Source of the DNA: a bacterium
GTDB lineage: Bacteria; Patescibacteriota; Microgenomatia; JAMCZE01
Reading direction: 5' to 3'
DNA length: 64,000 nucleotides
Assembly (NCBI GenBank): GCA_021836035.1
Contig: JAKBJL010000001.1
Location: 287,765-351,764 of the forward strand
This document shows positions 21,078-31,083 of the stretch, one piece after another. Made by a program: the position numbers and the translations under genes. The notes below the pieces were generated by a model. That model saw only the letters and a program-made list of their open reading frames with translations. It ran no database searches and was not told the origin of the DNA. The number at the start of each line of letters is the position of its first letter. Positions within the stretch are counted from its first letter, which is position 1.

Positions 21078-22892
21078 ATGCTACGTTGTTTGTTTTTTCT
21101 TTCGGCAATTGTTTTTTTCTTTGCGCTTTTCTTTCACTCCTCTAGTCAATTTAACCAGGATCTCGGACGGCATTTAATACTGGGTAAAATTATTACCGAG
21201 ACCGGCAAGGTTCCGACCACCAACTTATTTTCTTATACCTATCCTGATTTCCCCTTTGTCAATTCCCATTGGCTCCCGGAAGTAATTTATTATCTGCTCT
21301 CGCAGAAATTCGGTTTATCTTCACTGGTAGTTTTCAATACTATTGTCATGGTCGTTGCCCTGGCCTTGGTATTATTTGCGGCCTACCGTTTGACCGGAAA
21401 TCTGGCAGCGGTATCCTTGGGGTTTATCATTTTCTCTCCGGTTTTACTCAACCGGACGGAGATCCGGCCGGAAACCTTTTCCTATTTATTTACCGCTTTA
21501 TTTATTGCCGTTATTTTTTCTTTGCTGACCAGATCCGATTTCAAGCTGTCCCGTCGGCACCTCTTTATATTATTTGCGCTGCCGCTGGTAGAATTAATTT
21601 GGGTTAACTCGCACATTTATTTTTTCCTGGGACCGGTTCTGGCGATTTTTCTGCTCATCGCGGAGACGATTACTTTATGGCGTAGCCGGGGAAAGCTTTT
21701 GCCGGCCCCCTCCTGGTTAAGGTGGGAAATGCTGGCAATTATACTCACTTTTGCCGTGACGGTTATTAACCCTAATGGTTTAAAGGGTGCGCTTTTTCCG
21801 CTGTTGGTATTTAATAATTATGGTTACTCGGTTTTGGAAAACCAGAATATTATTTTCTTATCCGGGATAGTTTTTGAGCCGACAATTAACTTTTTCTTTA
21901 TCGCCGCGGGGGTATTTGTTCTGAGCTTTGCTTTGAGGTCTTATTTTTGGAATCGCTCTCTTATTTTCTCCTGGTTGACCTTGCCGCTTATTGCCCTGTC
22001 ATTTCTTTCTTTGCGTTCCCTTCCTTTTTTATATTTAATAAATTTCCCCGCTTTTACCGCTAATATCGCCGCCGCCAGCGCAGGAGTTTCGAAATCATTT
22101 AAGGATTATCTCGCCCGATATCGCTGGCTGCCGGTTGCGCTAGTAATCTTTGCCGTCGTGGTGACACTCTTACGCGCCTGGCGGCTCATCAGCAATGATT
22201 ATTATTTAGCGACCGATGCGGACAAAGAGTTCGGGACGGAAGTAATTGCATCCGGTCGGGGCGCCTTAGATTTTTTCCGGGATAATCACCTCCGCGGACC
22301 GCTGTTTAATAATTTCGATATCGGTGGTTATCTTGATTATGGATTGTATCCCCGGGAACGGGTGTTTACCGACAACCGCCCGGAGGCTTTTCCGGCCAAC
22401 TTCTTTAGGGAGACTTATATTCCCCTGCAACAAACTCCGGAAAATTTTGCCCAGGCAGATAAGGTTTATCGCTTTAACACGATTATCTATTCGCATGCCG
22501 ATTTAACTCCCTGGGGACAGAAATTTTCAGCGGCTATAATTAAAAATCCGGAGTGGCAATTAGTTTATCTTGATAGTTTTGCGGCGATTTTAGTTAAAAA
22601 GCAGACATTCCCGGAAATAGCCCTAAAGGACGCCATAAAACCGGAGTCGTTATTATCAGCGGCTCCGAACCGTAACTATCGGGAGAATGTTGCCGCTGCT
22701 TTCGCGGCTGAATTATTCGGCTGGCAGGATGTTTCCCGGAAGCTCTTAGAGATTGCTTATCGCCAGAATCCGGAATCCCCGGAGGTTTTAAGTGCCCTGG
22801 GCCAATTATATCTTTCGCAACCGGGAACAATTTCTCTAGGACAACAGATGATCACCGAATATAAGGCAAAATCCTCCTTGATTTTATTCTGA
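21078..22892 (+). CDS. Multi-pass membrane protein, probable GT-C glycosyltransferase-like, with TPR-like tail
   Basis: NQDLGRHL loop after TM1, many TM helices, GGYL...VFTDNR soluble domain. Confidence 0.6.
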   Translation: MLRCLFFLSAIVFFFALFFHSSSQFNQDLGRHLILGKIITETGKVPTTNLFSYTYPDFPFVNSHWLPEVIYYLLSQKFGLSSLVVFNTIVMVVALALVLFAAYRLTGNLAAVSLGFIIFSPVLLNRTEIRPETFSYLFTALFIAVIFSLLTRSDFKLSRRHLFILFALPLVELIWVNSHIYFFLGPVLAIFLLIAETITLWRSRGKLLPAPSWLRWEMLAIILTFAVTVINPNGLKGALFPLLVFNNYGYSVLENQNIIFLSGIVFEPTINFFFIAAGVFVLSFALRSYFWNRSLIFSWLTLPLIALSFLSLRSLPFLYLINFPAFTANIAAASAGVSKSFKDYLARYRWLPVALVIFAVVVTLLRAWRLISNDYYLATDADKEFGTEVIASGRGALDFFRDNHLRGPLFNNFDIGGYLDYGLYPRERVFTDNRPEAFPANFFRETYIPLQQTPENFAQADKVYRFNTIIYSHADLTPWGQKFSAAIIKNPEWQLVYLDSFAAILVKKQTFPEIALKDAIKPESLLSAAPNRNYRENVAAAFAAELFGWQDVSRKLLEIAYRQNPESPEVLSALGQLYLSQPGTISLGQQMITEYKAKSSLILF

Positions 22893-22910
22893 CGCTGATG
22901 TTAAATACGC

Positions 22911-23984
22911 ATGATTATGGGACAGGGTAATTCCTCCGCTGATAACAATCCGAAACTTTCTGCGGTCCGGCTGGCGATGGAACAGATCGAAAAGCAATAC
23001 GGCAAGGGTTCGATTATGAAAATGGGAGAGGCGGTCCCCAGGATGACTACTGACGTAATTTCTACCGGCATATTACCTTTGGACGTGGCGCTGGGAGTCG
23101 GCGGTTTACCGCGGGGCAGAATTATTGAAATCTACGGACCCGAGGCCTCGGGAAAAACTTCCGTAGTTCTATCCACCATCGCCCAGGCGCAGAAAGCCGG
23201 AGGCGTGGCCGCTTTTATTGACGCCGAACACGCTTTGGATCCTGTCTGGGCGGAAAGACTGGGGGTAAACCTAAATGAACTGCTTATTTCCCAACCGGAT
23301 ACCGGAGAACAAGCTTTAGAAATTGCGGAGACTTTGATCCGCTCCGGCGGGGTGGATTTGGTGGTTATTGATTCGGTAGCCGCTTTAGTCCCGCGGGCGG
23401 AAATCGAGGGCGAGATGGGCGACGCGATGGTTGGTTTGCAAGCCCGCCTGATGTCCCAAGCCCTACGCAAATTAACCGGGGTAATTAGCAAGTCTAAAAC
23501 TGTAGCCGTATTTACTAATCAGCTCCGCCAGAAAATCGGTATCATGTTCGGTAACCCGGAAACGACAACCGGAGGTCTGGCCCTCAAATTTTATTCTTCC
23601 GTCCGGATCGATATCCGTAAAATTGAACAATTAAAAGAGGGCGATGCGGTGGTCGGCGGCCGGCATCGGGCAAAAGTGGTAAAAAATAAAGTAGCCCCGC
23701 CTTTTAGAATCGCCGAATTTAATATCTACGGCCAGACGGGAATTTCCTATGAAGACGGGCTTTTAGATGTAGGTTTGGAATTGGGCGTGATTTCCAAATC
23801 CGGAGCTTTTCTGAAACACAAAGAGGAGATGCTGGGCCAGGGCCGGGAAGCCGCCCGCCTGTTTTTAACGGAACACAAAAAAGTAACCAAACAGGTAGAG
23901 GAGGAAATTCAGAAAAAAATTAAATCCGGAGCGACAGCAGAGAAGGTGGTTTTAGGAGACGAGGAAGCGGAAACGGAAGAATAA
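22911..23984 (+). CDS. recA: Recombinase A
   Basis: [36 protein letters not shown]. Confidence 0.99.
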   Translation: MIMGQGNSSADNNPKLSAVRLAMEQIEKQYGKGSIMKMGEAVPRMTTDVISTGILPLDVALGVGGLPRGRIIEIYGPEASGKTSVVLSTIAQAQKAGGVAAFIDAEHALDPVWAERLGVNLNELLISQPDTGEQALEIAETLIRSGGVDLVVIDSVAALVPRAEIEGEMGDAMVGLQARLMSQALRKLTGVISKSKTVAVFTNQLRQKIGIMFGNPETTTGGLALKFYSSVRIDIRKIEQLKEGDAVVGGRHRAKVVKNKVAPPFRIAEFNIYGQTGISYEDGLLDVGLELGVISKSGAFLKHKEEMLGQGREAARLFLTEHKKVTKQVEEEIQKKIKSGATAEKVVLGDEEAETEE

Positions 23985-24028
23985 AGTTAATAAAAATAAT
24001 AAAAACCATAAACTCAATAAAATAAAAG

Positions 24029-24862
24029 ATGGCGCGGCAGCGCCTATTTTTATGGCATAATTATTCTATGGGTAAATATTGGCGGTTTTTTCAGGCTTCA
24101 TTTCAGATAAGTTTCAGTTATAGATTTGCCATTCTCATAAGAATGATCAGGGATTTTCTGATGGTTCTTTTCTTTATTGTTCTTTGGCAGGCTTTATTTA
24201 AGGGTAAACAGTTGATCGGGGGTTTTACCTTTGCTGGTATGGTTAGTTATTATATTTTGGGAAAAGCTTTAGATCAGCTTTATACTTTTGACCCGGCCAA
24301 CGTCATGGCCCGGCATGTAAGGACCGGAGATTTATCAAATTTTTTGATAAAGCCTGTCAATTATACGGGCTATCTGGGGTCGTTTATATTCGGGCGAAGG
24401 TTAGCCAGGACTTTCTTAACAATTATTGCAAGCATCATAATTATACTGGCATTTCCTGATTTTATCGGCCGACCGGCGGGAATGATTGAGCTGGCGGCTT
24501 TTATCATTTTTGCCGCTCTGGCCTGGATATTAATGTTTTCGGTCTCTTTTTTAATCGGTGGTCTTTCCTTTTGGTCAACAGAGACTGAAAATATAAGAGC
24601 GGGCATTGAGCAGCTGATGCTGATCTTGGGGGGGCTTTGGATTCCGCTTAATCTTCTGCCGGAAGGCATCGGGAAGATTTTATCGCCGCTTCCCTTCAAA
24701 TATCTTTATTATTTCCCTATCCGGGTGTTTTTAGGGAAAGTGAATACTTCCGATATGATCACTGGCTTGTTAACGGACCTGGCTTGGGTGGTTTTTTTTC
24801 TTTTTTGCGGAAGCGTGCTTTGGCGTAAGGGCTTAAAAAGATACGGAGCTTATGGCGGTTAA
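24029..24862 (+). CDS. ABC-2 family permease (DUF990 type), subunit A, pair 1
   Basis: Six-TM pattern, GDLSNFLIKP, LPFKY..YFP, KGLKRYGAYGG; likely start 24068. Confidence 0.85.
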   Translation: MARQRLFLWHNYSMGKYWRFFQASFQISFSYRFAILIRMIRDFLMVLFFIVLWQALFKGKQLIGGFTFAGMVSYYILGKALDQLYTFDPANVMARHVRTGDLSNFLIKPVNYTGYLGSFIFGRRLARTFLTIIASIIIILAFPDFIGRPAGMIELAAFIIFAALAWILMFSVSFLIGGLSFWSTETENIRAGIEQLMLILGGLWIPLNLLPEGIGKILSPLPFKYLYYFPIRVFLGKVNTSDMITGLLTDLAWVVFFLFCGSVLWRKGLKRYGAYGG

Positions 24863-25649
24863 TAAATTAATTAAATATTTTAAATTATTCCTGCTTTTTG
24901 TAAAGATCAATTATCTCCGTTCTATGGAATACCGGATAAATTTTGTCTCGGCATTTCTCCCGTCCGTACTTTATTCTCTGGGTTATTTGGTCTTCATGGG
25001 GTCGATTCTGGACAGGGTTCCTTCGGTTTCCGGATGGGATTTTGACAAAATGTTGTTGTTGTTTGCTGTCGGCCAATTTATTTACTACACCCAGTGGATA
25101 TTTTATCGTTCTTCTTTGGCCGAATTTTCACAATCCGTTAATGACGGCAGTTTCGACGCTGTAGCTAAATTGCCGGTTAATACGAGATTTATGGTTTCCT
25201 TTCGTAAACAAGCCCCCAACGTGGTTGTCCCTTTTGTTTTCGCATTGTTGCTATTTATTTATGCACTGAGAAATACAACTTTGCTGATACCGGACGTGCT
25301 TATTTTCTTATTTCTTATCGCCTGTGGTTTTTTAATTTATTACAATATTTGTTTTACCTTCGCCACCCTAGCGTTTTATATCATCGACGCTGATGACTTA
25401 CTATGGTTTGCCGATGATATCACTCGATTTGGTTCGTATCCGTTGGAAATCTTTCCGCCATTAGCCCGGGCGTTTTTGTTGTATATCGTCCCGGTAATGT
25501 TTCTGGCCTATATACCGGTAACAGCTTTAATCGGGATATTTCACTGGGAGACTGTTTTTTTGTCTATAGCGATGGTGGCGGCAACTACCCTTGTTTCCCA
25601 AAAGTTCTGGCAAATGGGACTCCGGCATTATTCTAGCGCCAGCTCCTGA
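24852..25649 (+). CDS. ABC-2 family permease (DUF990 type), subunit B, pair 1
   Basis: GW, DGSFD, YPLEIF, GLRHYSSASS end. Confidence 0.85.
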   Translation: MAVNKLIKYFKLFLLFVKINYLRSMEYRINFVSAFLPSVLYSLGYLVFMGSILDRVPSVSGWDFDKMLLLFAVGQFIYYTQWIFYRSSLAEFSQSVNDGSFDAVAKLPVNTRFMVSFRKQAPNVVVPFVFALLLFIYALRNTTLLIPDVLIFLFLIACGFLIYYNICFTFATLAFYIIDADDLLWFADDITRFGSYPLEIFPPLARAFLLYIVPVMFLAYIPVTALIGIFHWETVFLSIAMVAATTLVSQKFWQMGLRHYSSASS

Positions 25650-25652
25650 GGA

Positions 25653-26144
25653 TTAAGAGAAAGCGATAATATAAAGTCCGATAAGGGCTACGGCAAGGAC
25701 AATAGCCCCAAGGATTAGGGCCGGCCAGCCATCATAAAAGCGAAAAATGATTTTATTTTTCAAGCCAAGATAAATAGATTTCCGGTAGATGGCAAGTAAT
25801 CCCAGAATGCCAATAATAAAAAAAACAGCGATAAGAAGACCATAGAATAGATAAATTTTAGTGGTGTTATCATAGATCGATTCGGTGACGGTAGAGGCGG
25901 ACCAGGAGCTGAAGTAGAGTAGCCAGCTGGCGGCAAGCAAGAAGGCGCAGATAATCAGGCTCCAAAAATAGCGGAGGTCCTGCCTCTCAATTGGCAAAAT
26001 ATCCCCCCCTTGGTTTTTACCTAAATTGGGTAGAACCCGCGAGAGCATTTTTAGGAATTTCCAGCGGAATACAAAAACGGCCCCGATAAAGCAGCCCAAT
26101 GACCATAAAGGCAGAAAAGTTAGGCTGAGGTAGCTCAGAAACAT
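25653..26144 (-). CDS. Hypothetical four-TM membrane protein
   Basis: Four hydrophobic stretches; fills the gap between genes. Confidence 0.55.
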   Translation of the reverse strand: MFLSYLSLTFLPLWSLGCFIGAVFVFRWKFLKMLSRVLPNLGKNQGGDILPIERQDLRYFWSLIICAFLLAASWLLYFSSWSASTVTESIYDNTTKIYLFYGLLIAVFFIIGILGLLAIYRKSIYLGLKNKIIFRFYDGWPALILGAIVLAVALIGLYIIAFS

Positions 26145-26276
26145 GGGCGAGCTAATTTATTTTAACACAACGTCGCGATGTTAGAAGTAACCGTCTATTC
26201 TGCGTTTGCTTAGGGTTAGGACTTTGATTTTAAAGAAAAACTTCCCTAAAGGCAATATAATAGGGCGATAAATGGT

Positions 26277-26960
26277 ATGAAAATTACCAAATTAGAATAC
26301 CAGAAGAAGGATCCGAATAGGGTTAATGTCTATGTGGACGGAAATTTTACGGCGGGTTTGGATGTTAATGATATTTTAAAGCTAGGAATTTATAACGGTA
26401 TGGAAATCGGCCGGAGGGAGCTGGATAAGATTTTAGCTGAAAGCGAATTCGGGAAACTTTACAGTGCCGCACTTAACTTCTTATCATATAGACCCAGAAG
26501 CGAGAAGGAAATAAGGCAAAAGCTAACGGCTAAAAGCTTAAAGCTTAAAGCTAAGGAAGCGGTAAGTGGAGCCGAAAGAGGGAAACCGGTAGACAGGGTA
26601 ATAAAAAGGCTAAAAGAAATCGGCCAGATCAACGATAAGGAATTTGCCGGATGGTTTATTGAGCAAAGAAATACTTTCCGGCCGGAAGGAAAGCGGCTTC
26701 TCAATTATGAATTAACACGCAAAGGGGTTGACAGAGACGTAATAAATCAGCTGCTCAGTGAATCAATAAAACCAACAAATAATCATAGCACGGAGGAGAA
26801 GAAAGCAAGGCGGGCTCTGGGGAAGAGGCTGGATCATTGGGATCAAAATAAACTGGGTTACCCCAAATTCCGGGAGAAGGTAGCCCGTTTTCTTCTTGCC
26901 CGAGGTTTTGACTGGGAAACGGTGAAATTAGTTCTTGCAAAATTACGCCGTAAGGAGTAA
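26277..26960 (+). CDS. recX: Regulatory protein RecX
   Basis: ALNFLSYRPRSEKEI, INDKEFA, FLLARGF. Confidence 0.92.
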   Translation: MKITKLEYQKKDPNRVNVYVDGNFTAGLDVNDILKLGIYNGMEIGRRELDKILAESEFGKLYSAALNFLSYRPRSEKEIRQKLTAKSLKLKAKEAVSGAERGKPVDRVIKRLKEIGQINDKEFAGWFIEQRNTFRPEGKRLLNYELTRKGVDRDVINQLLSESIKPTNNHSTEEKKARRALGKRLDHWDQNKLGYPKFREKVARFLLARGFDWETVKLVLAKLRRKE

Positions 26961-26963
26961 GCT
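26935..26963 (+). promoter_or_regulatory. Sigma70 promoter upstream of the peptide ORF and rny
   Basis: TTGCAA (26935-40), 17 bp spacer, TAAGCT (26958-63). Confidence 0.55.
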
Positions 26964-27004
26964 TGTTGTAGCAATACAAACAACCGGAAGAACAAAAGAA
27001 AGAT

Positions 27005-27067
27005 ATGGCGAAAATTGCTGAATTTATCCAAAAGATTCTGGCCAGCTTAAAAAAGTTTTTAGGTTAA
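27005..27067 (+). CDS. 20-aa amphipathic cationic peptide ORF (not in the ORF track)
   Basis: MAKIAEFIQKILASLKKFLG*; i/i+3/i+4 hydrophobic periodicity; promoter upstream and hairpin downstream. Confidence 0.5.
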   Translation: MAKIAEFIQKILASLKKFLG

Positions 27068-27118
27068 CCACCCGCCTGCGGGCGGAGCTTCTTTTGTTCT
27101 TTCGGGAAAATTTATTTC

Positions 27119-28609
27119 ATGGCACTATTATCCTTTAGTAAAGGCAATAGCAAAGTAAAAAAAACTCCTCTTCCTCGGACAACGGGCGATCCTATGGCCA
27201 TAAACCCTACTTTGCCGGGAGCCGAACAACAAGCCCGTGAAATTCTTCTGGAGGCTAAAGACGAAGCTTTGCGGATAAAACAGCAGGCGGATGAGGAAGC
27301 CAAGAAAACCCGAGCGGAATCATTTGCTATAGAACAGCGGTTGGTAGCTAAAGAAGATTCCCTGGATAAAAAAGCGACGGCTTTAGACGAAAGAGAGAAG
27401 GGTTTAGCGGCCAAGCAACAGGAGTTGCAGAATAAAATAACCGAGCTGGAAAAGGTTAAAGACGAACAGTTGGCAAAATTAGAACGGGTAGCCGGGCTTT
27501 CAGTGGAAGAAGCCAAGCAAAAGATTTTAGCCGGCGTAGAAGAAAAAATAAGGGTAGAAGCGGCTAAGTTAATTTCGGCGGTTATGAACCAAGCTAAGGA
27601 AGAAGCCGCCGAGAAAGCCCGCGAGATTTTAGTTTCCGAGATGGTCCACGGAGCTACCGATTATGTTCCGGAATTTACAGTTTCGACGATTAAGCTTCCC
27701 GACGACGAGGTTAAGGGAAAAATTATCGGTAAAGAAGGGCGCAACATTCGGGCGATTGAACAGTCTACCGGTGTGGACCTGGAATTGGATGAAGAAAACC
27801 AGATACGGCTTAGTAGCTATGACGGTATTAGACGGGAGATTGCGCGGGTTTCTCTTCAGCGTCTGATTGCGGACGGCAGGATCCAACCTTCCCGTATCGA
27901 AGAAATTGTAGCCCAGGTCCGACGGGACATTGACCGCATCATTCACGATGAAGGGGTAAAGCTGGCCCAATCGGTAGGAGTCTATAACCTCCCCCGGGAA
28001 ATTATTGACCTTCTCGGCCGGTTTAAATACCGCTTCTCCTACGGCCAGAATATGATTGCTCATACACTGGAGGAAACGAAATTAGGCGTAGCGATTGCTT
28101 CGGAAGTCGGGGCAGATGTTAATGTGGTCCGCCTCGGTTGTCTTTTACATGATATCGGTAAGGTAATTGATAACGAGGAAGGTTCTCACGTAACTTTGGC
28201 GGTCAGTTTATTAAAGAAATTCGGTTTCCCCCAAAAAGTTATTGATTGTGTTGCCCAGCATCACGAAGACGAACCGTTTACTTCCGTCGAGTCCATGATT
28301 GTTTATATCGCCGATGCAATTTCCGGGGCCAGACCGGGAGCGCGCTATGAAGACCTGGAGAAATATATTCAGCGCCTTTCCGAATTGGAGGAAATTTGTA
28401 AAGGGTTTACCGGAGTGGTTAATGCCTGGGTTTTCCAGGCGGGTAGAGAAATAAGGGTTTTGGTTAATCCGGAAGAAATTTCCGATGCTGATGCAATAGT
28501 TCTCGCTGAAAAGATCCGTGAGAAAATTGAAGAGCAGATAAAAGACTTCCCCGGCCAAATCAGGGTTACCGTTATCCGCGAGTTTCGGGTTGTCCAGACA
28601 ACCAAATAA
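27119..28609 (+). CDS. rny: Ribonuclease Y (no N-terminal TM anchor)
   Basis: Coiled coil, KH motif GKIIGKEGRNIR, HD motif LLHDIGK, ADAISGARPGAR. Confidence 0.96.
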   Translation: MALLSFSKGNSKVKKTPLPRTTGDPMAINPTLPGAEQQAREILLEAKDEALRIKQQADEEAKKTRAESFAIEQRLVAKEDSLDKKATALDEREKGLAAKQQELQNKITELEKVKDEQLAKLERVAGLSVEEAKQKILAGVEEKIRVEAAKLISAVMNQAKEEAAEKAREILVSEMVHGATDYVPEFTVSTIKLPDDEVKGKIIGKEGRNIRAIEQSTGVDLELDEENQIRLSSYDGIRREIARVSLQRLIADGRIQPSRIEEIVAQVRRDIDRIIHDEGVKLAQSVGVYNLPREIIDLLGRFKYRFSYGQNMIAHTLEETKLGVAIASEVGADVNVVRLGCLLHDIGKVIDNEEGSHVTLAVSLLKKFGFPQKVIDCVAQHHEDEPFTSVESMIVYIADAISGARPGARYEDLEKYIQRLSELEEICKGFTGVVNAWVFQAGREIRVLVNPEEISDADAIVLAEKIREKIEEQIKDFPGQIRVTVIREFRVVQTTK

Positions 28610-28626
28610 ATCCGTCGCTTCCCCTC

Positions 28627-28655
28627 TTGACAGACCATGAACGCAGTGTTATCTT
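28627..28655 (+). promoter_or_regulatory. Promoter for hup with a long leader
   Basis: TTGACA, 17 bp spacer, TG-extended TATCTT. Confidence 0.6.
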
Positions 28656-28885
28656 GGCTGTTGTTATGCTCCATAAAAATTTGCCTGTTGTTACAAGAAA
28701 AACTACTATTAAATACATCAAAGAGGTTGTAAAGACAACAAAAAAATTTGTGACGCCCGCCAGCTCTTTCTTCGCGCCTGTTGCTTACCATTCGTAAACG
28801 GTGCGAAGTGCGTTTACGGCGGGCTTAAGAAACTGTAAATACTCGCTCAAGGGCTCGTAAACGGTTTCTAAAGGAGGTGAATTAA

Positions 28886-29158
28886 ATGACCAAAGCAGAT
28901 TTAGTAGATTTAGTTGCCAAGAAGGCAATGTTAACCAATAAGGCCGCTCGGGAATCAGTGCAGGCGTTATTGGACGGCGTCCGTGATGCTTTAAAGCGTG
29001 GCGAGAAAGTAGTGGTAACCGGATTCGGAACCTTTTCCGTCCGCAGCCGCGCTGCCAGGAAGGGACGAAATCCCCAAACCGGAGCCGCGATTAATATCCC
29101 GGCCCGGAAAACTCCCGGCTTTACCGCCGGAAAGGCTTTGAAGAAAGCTATCCGTTAA
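28886..29158 (+). CDS. hup: DNA-binding protein HU
   Basis: MTKADLV, GFGTF, RKGRNPQTG; strong SD AAGGAGGTGA. Confidence 0.97.
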   Translation: MTKADLVDLVAKKAMLTNKAARESVQALLDGVRDALKRGEKVVVTGFGTFSVRSRAARKGRNPQTGAAINIPARKTPGFTAGKALKKAIR

Positions 29159-29179
29159 ATTATTTTTCGGATAGGCAGA

Positions 29180-29201
29180 CAATCCGCCAGCTGGCGGATT
29201 G
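29180..29201. terminator. Perfect 22-bp palindrome between convergent hup and the DHH gene
   Basis: CAATCCGCCAG/CTGGCGGATTG. Confidence 0.6.
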
Positions 29202-29220
29202 CTGCGTGGAAAAGAAAAAT

Positions 29221-30240
29221 TTAAATTTCTCCTAACTCCGGATAAACTTCTTTGAGGGTTTTTAAGAGCAGAGCTTTGGCTTCATTAAGTGGCTTGTTGA
29301 TGGGTGCACCCGCGGCAGACTTATGCCCCCCGCCACCGAGAACAATAGCTGCTTTTGATAGGTCCGGACCTTCGTATTCCCTTTTGCGGAAGTGGGCTTC
29401 TATCATATTCGGTGAGGACTCTACTAATTCAATGCCGATAATCCAACCCGGGACGGATTTCAAAGTGTTGGCGATTTCCAAACCGCTGATTTCGCTGCGG
29501 TTTAAACCCCGTTTACGGAGTTCTTCGTGGGGGATAACGGAGATAGCTACTTTCCCGGAGAAATAATGTTCGATGGAACTTAATGCCAGACTTAGATACT
29601 CCAGTTGTTTAGGATTGACGGAATTTTCGTAGTGGAAGATTATTTTAAAATAATCAGGGTAAATCTTGGCCAATTCGCTGGCGGCCAGAAAAGTGTCGGC
29701 GTTCGTGGGGGGATACTTAAAGCCCCCGGTATCTGTATAGATGCCGATAAGCAAACAGGCGGCAGCATCCGGAGTAATTTTCAATCTCCATAATTTTGCT
29801 AATTCATAAACCATCTGGCAGGTTGAGGAATAATTTGTATCTATCAGATTGATATCCGCGAAATTATCTTTATTGCGATGGTGATCAATTTTTACGGTTC
29901 GCAGATTGGGAGGGAATTTTATTTCCCCCTTTTTGGAAATTTGATTTAAGGCAGAACTATCCAAGACTATGAATAAATCGAAGTCATTTAAGTCAATCTT
30001 AAAAATGTTTTTTGGGACAATATCTTTAAAACCGGGCATGGCGGACATGGCGGCTGAAGGAATAGAATCTCCGGAGATAACAGTTACCTCTTTTTGGGCG
30101 TTTTTCAGGAGATGCATCAAACCCAGAGCGCTTCCCATACTGTCGGGATCGGGGTTGGGATGACAATGCAGCAGTATTTTTTTGGCTTTCTTTATCTCCT
30201 GCCAAATCTCCGGTGCCAGTTTTTTTACTTTTTCCGACAT
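29221..30240 (-). CDS. DHH/DHHA1 phosphoesterase (NrnA-like)
   Basis: HPNPDPDS, IDHH, GIYTDTG, GGGGHKSAAG. Confidence 0.92.
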   Translation of the reverse strand: MSEKVKKLAPEIWQEIKKAKKILLHCHPNPDPDSMGSALGLMHLLKNAQKEVTVISGDSIPSAAMSAMPGFKDIVPKNIFKIDLNDFDLFIVLDSSALNQISKKGEIKFPPNLRTVKIDHHRNKDNFADINLIDTNYSSTCQMVYELAKLWRLKITPDAAACLLIGIYTDTGGFKYPPTNADTFLAASELAKIYPDYFKIIFHYENSVNPKQLEYLSLALSSIEHYFSGKVAISVIPHEELRKRGLNRSEISGLEIANTLKSVPGWIIGIELVESSPNMIEAHFRKREYEGPDLSKAAIVLGGGGHKSAAGAPINKPLNEAKALLLKTLKEVYPELGEI

Positions 30241-30300
30241 AGCTAATTTTATCGTAATCATAGTCTGTATGCCAGACAAGGTGCATAGTACAATATATTT

Positions 30301-31080
30301 ATGCGCAAATATTTACAAGTTTTTTATCTTTCGTCACAGATAGTGCTCGAGTACCGGATGAATATGATGTGGAGACTAAGCGGCCATATCGTTACGGTTC
30401 TGCTAACATTTTTACTATGGTCGGCTATATTAGGTTCGGGATTTGGACTTGATAAGTATACCCAGTCGTCCTTAGCTGTCTATTATGTTTCCATTATGCT
30501 GGTTACTGTTGTCTCCGAATATAACTATCATTTAATGACAGATGATATACGTTATGGTAATCTATCAATTCATCTCCTGAAACCGTACAATTATTTCCTG
30601 AAAGTATTTATCGAAGCGCTCCCCGTTAAGATTATTTCCTTAGTAGTTTTTTTGGTCGTGTTTGCATCCCTGGCAACGGGAGGTTTATTTAAAATAGTAA
30701 CTTTTGGATTTTTGGCTGCTTTATTCTCTTTGGCTCTAGCCACCGCTATGCGCTATTTTATTATTTTAGCAATCGGTGGTTTGGCCTTTTGGTTTAATCG
30801 CGTACACGGGTTTCATGCGCTCGTTTTTGTTGCTGGAGGAATATTTTCCGGCGAACTCATTCCGGCAGATCTCCTCCCTCATAAACTGGCCGCAATTTCT
30901 AATTACCTCCCCTTCAAATATCTTGTTTACATACCGGCTCATTATTTTATCCACGCTCCTCAATTAAATGAGTTTACAGGGAATATTATCGCTCAATTTT
31001 TTTGGATCCTTATCTGTTATTTTGTGGCTAAATATATCTGGTTCAAAGGTCTTAGAGAATACGAAAGTGCAGGGAGATAA
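30301..31080 (+). CDS. ABC-2 family permease subunit A, pair 2
   Basis: GNLSIHLLKP, LPFKYLVYIP, KGLREYESAGR. Confidence 0.85.
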   Translation: MRKYLQVFYLSSQIVLEYRMNMMWRLSGHIVTVLLTFLLWSAILGSGFGLDKYTQSSLAVYYVSIMLVTVVSEYNYHLMTDDIRYGNLSIHLLKPYNYFLKVFIEALPVKIISLVVFLVVFASLATGGLFKIVTFGFLAALFSLALATAMRYFIILAIGGLAFWFNRVHGFHALVFVAGGIFSGELIPADLLPHKLAAISNYLPFKYLVYIPAHYFIHAPQLNEFTGNIIAQFFWILICYFVAKYIWFKGLREYESAGR

Positions 31081-31083
31081 ATA

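Noticed and set aside
22893-22916. LexA/SOS box upstream of recA
   Set aside because: No recognisable palindrome in the very short gap.
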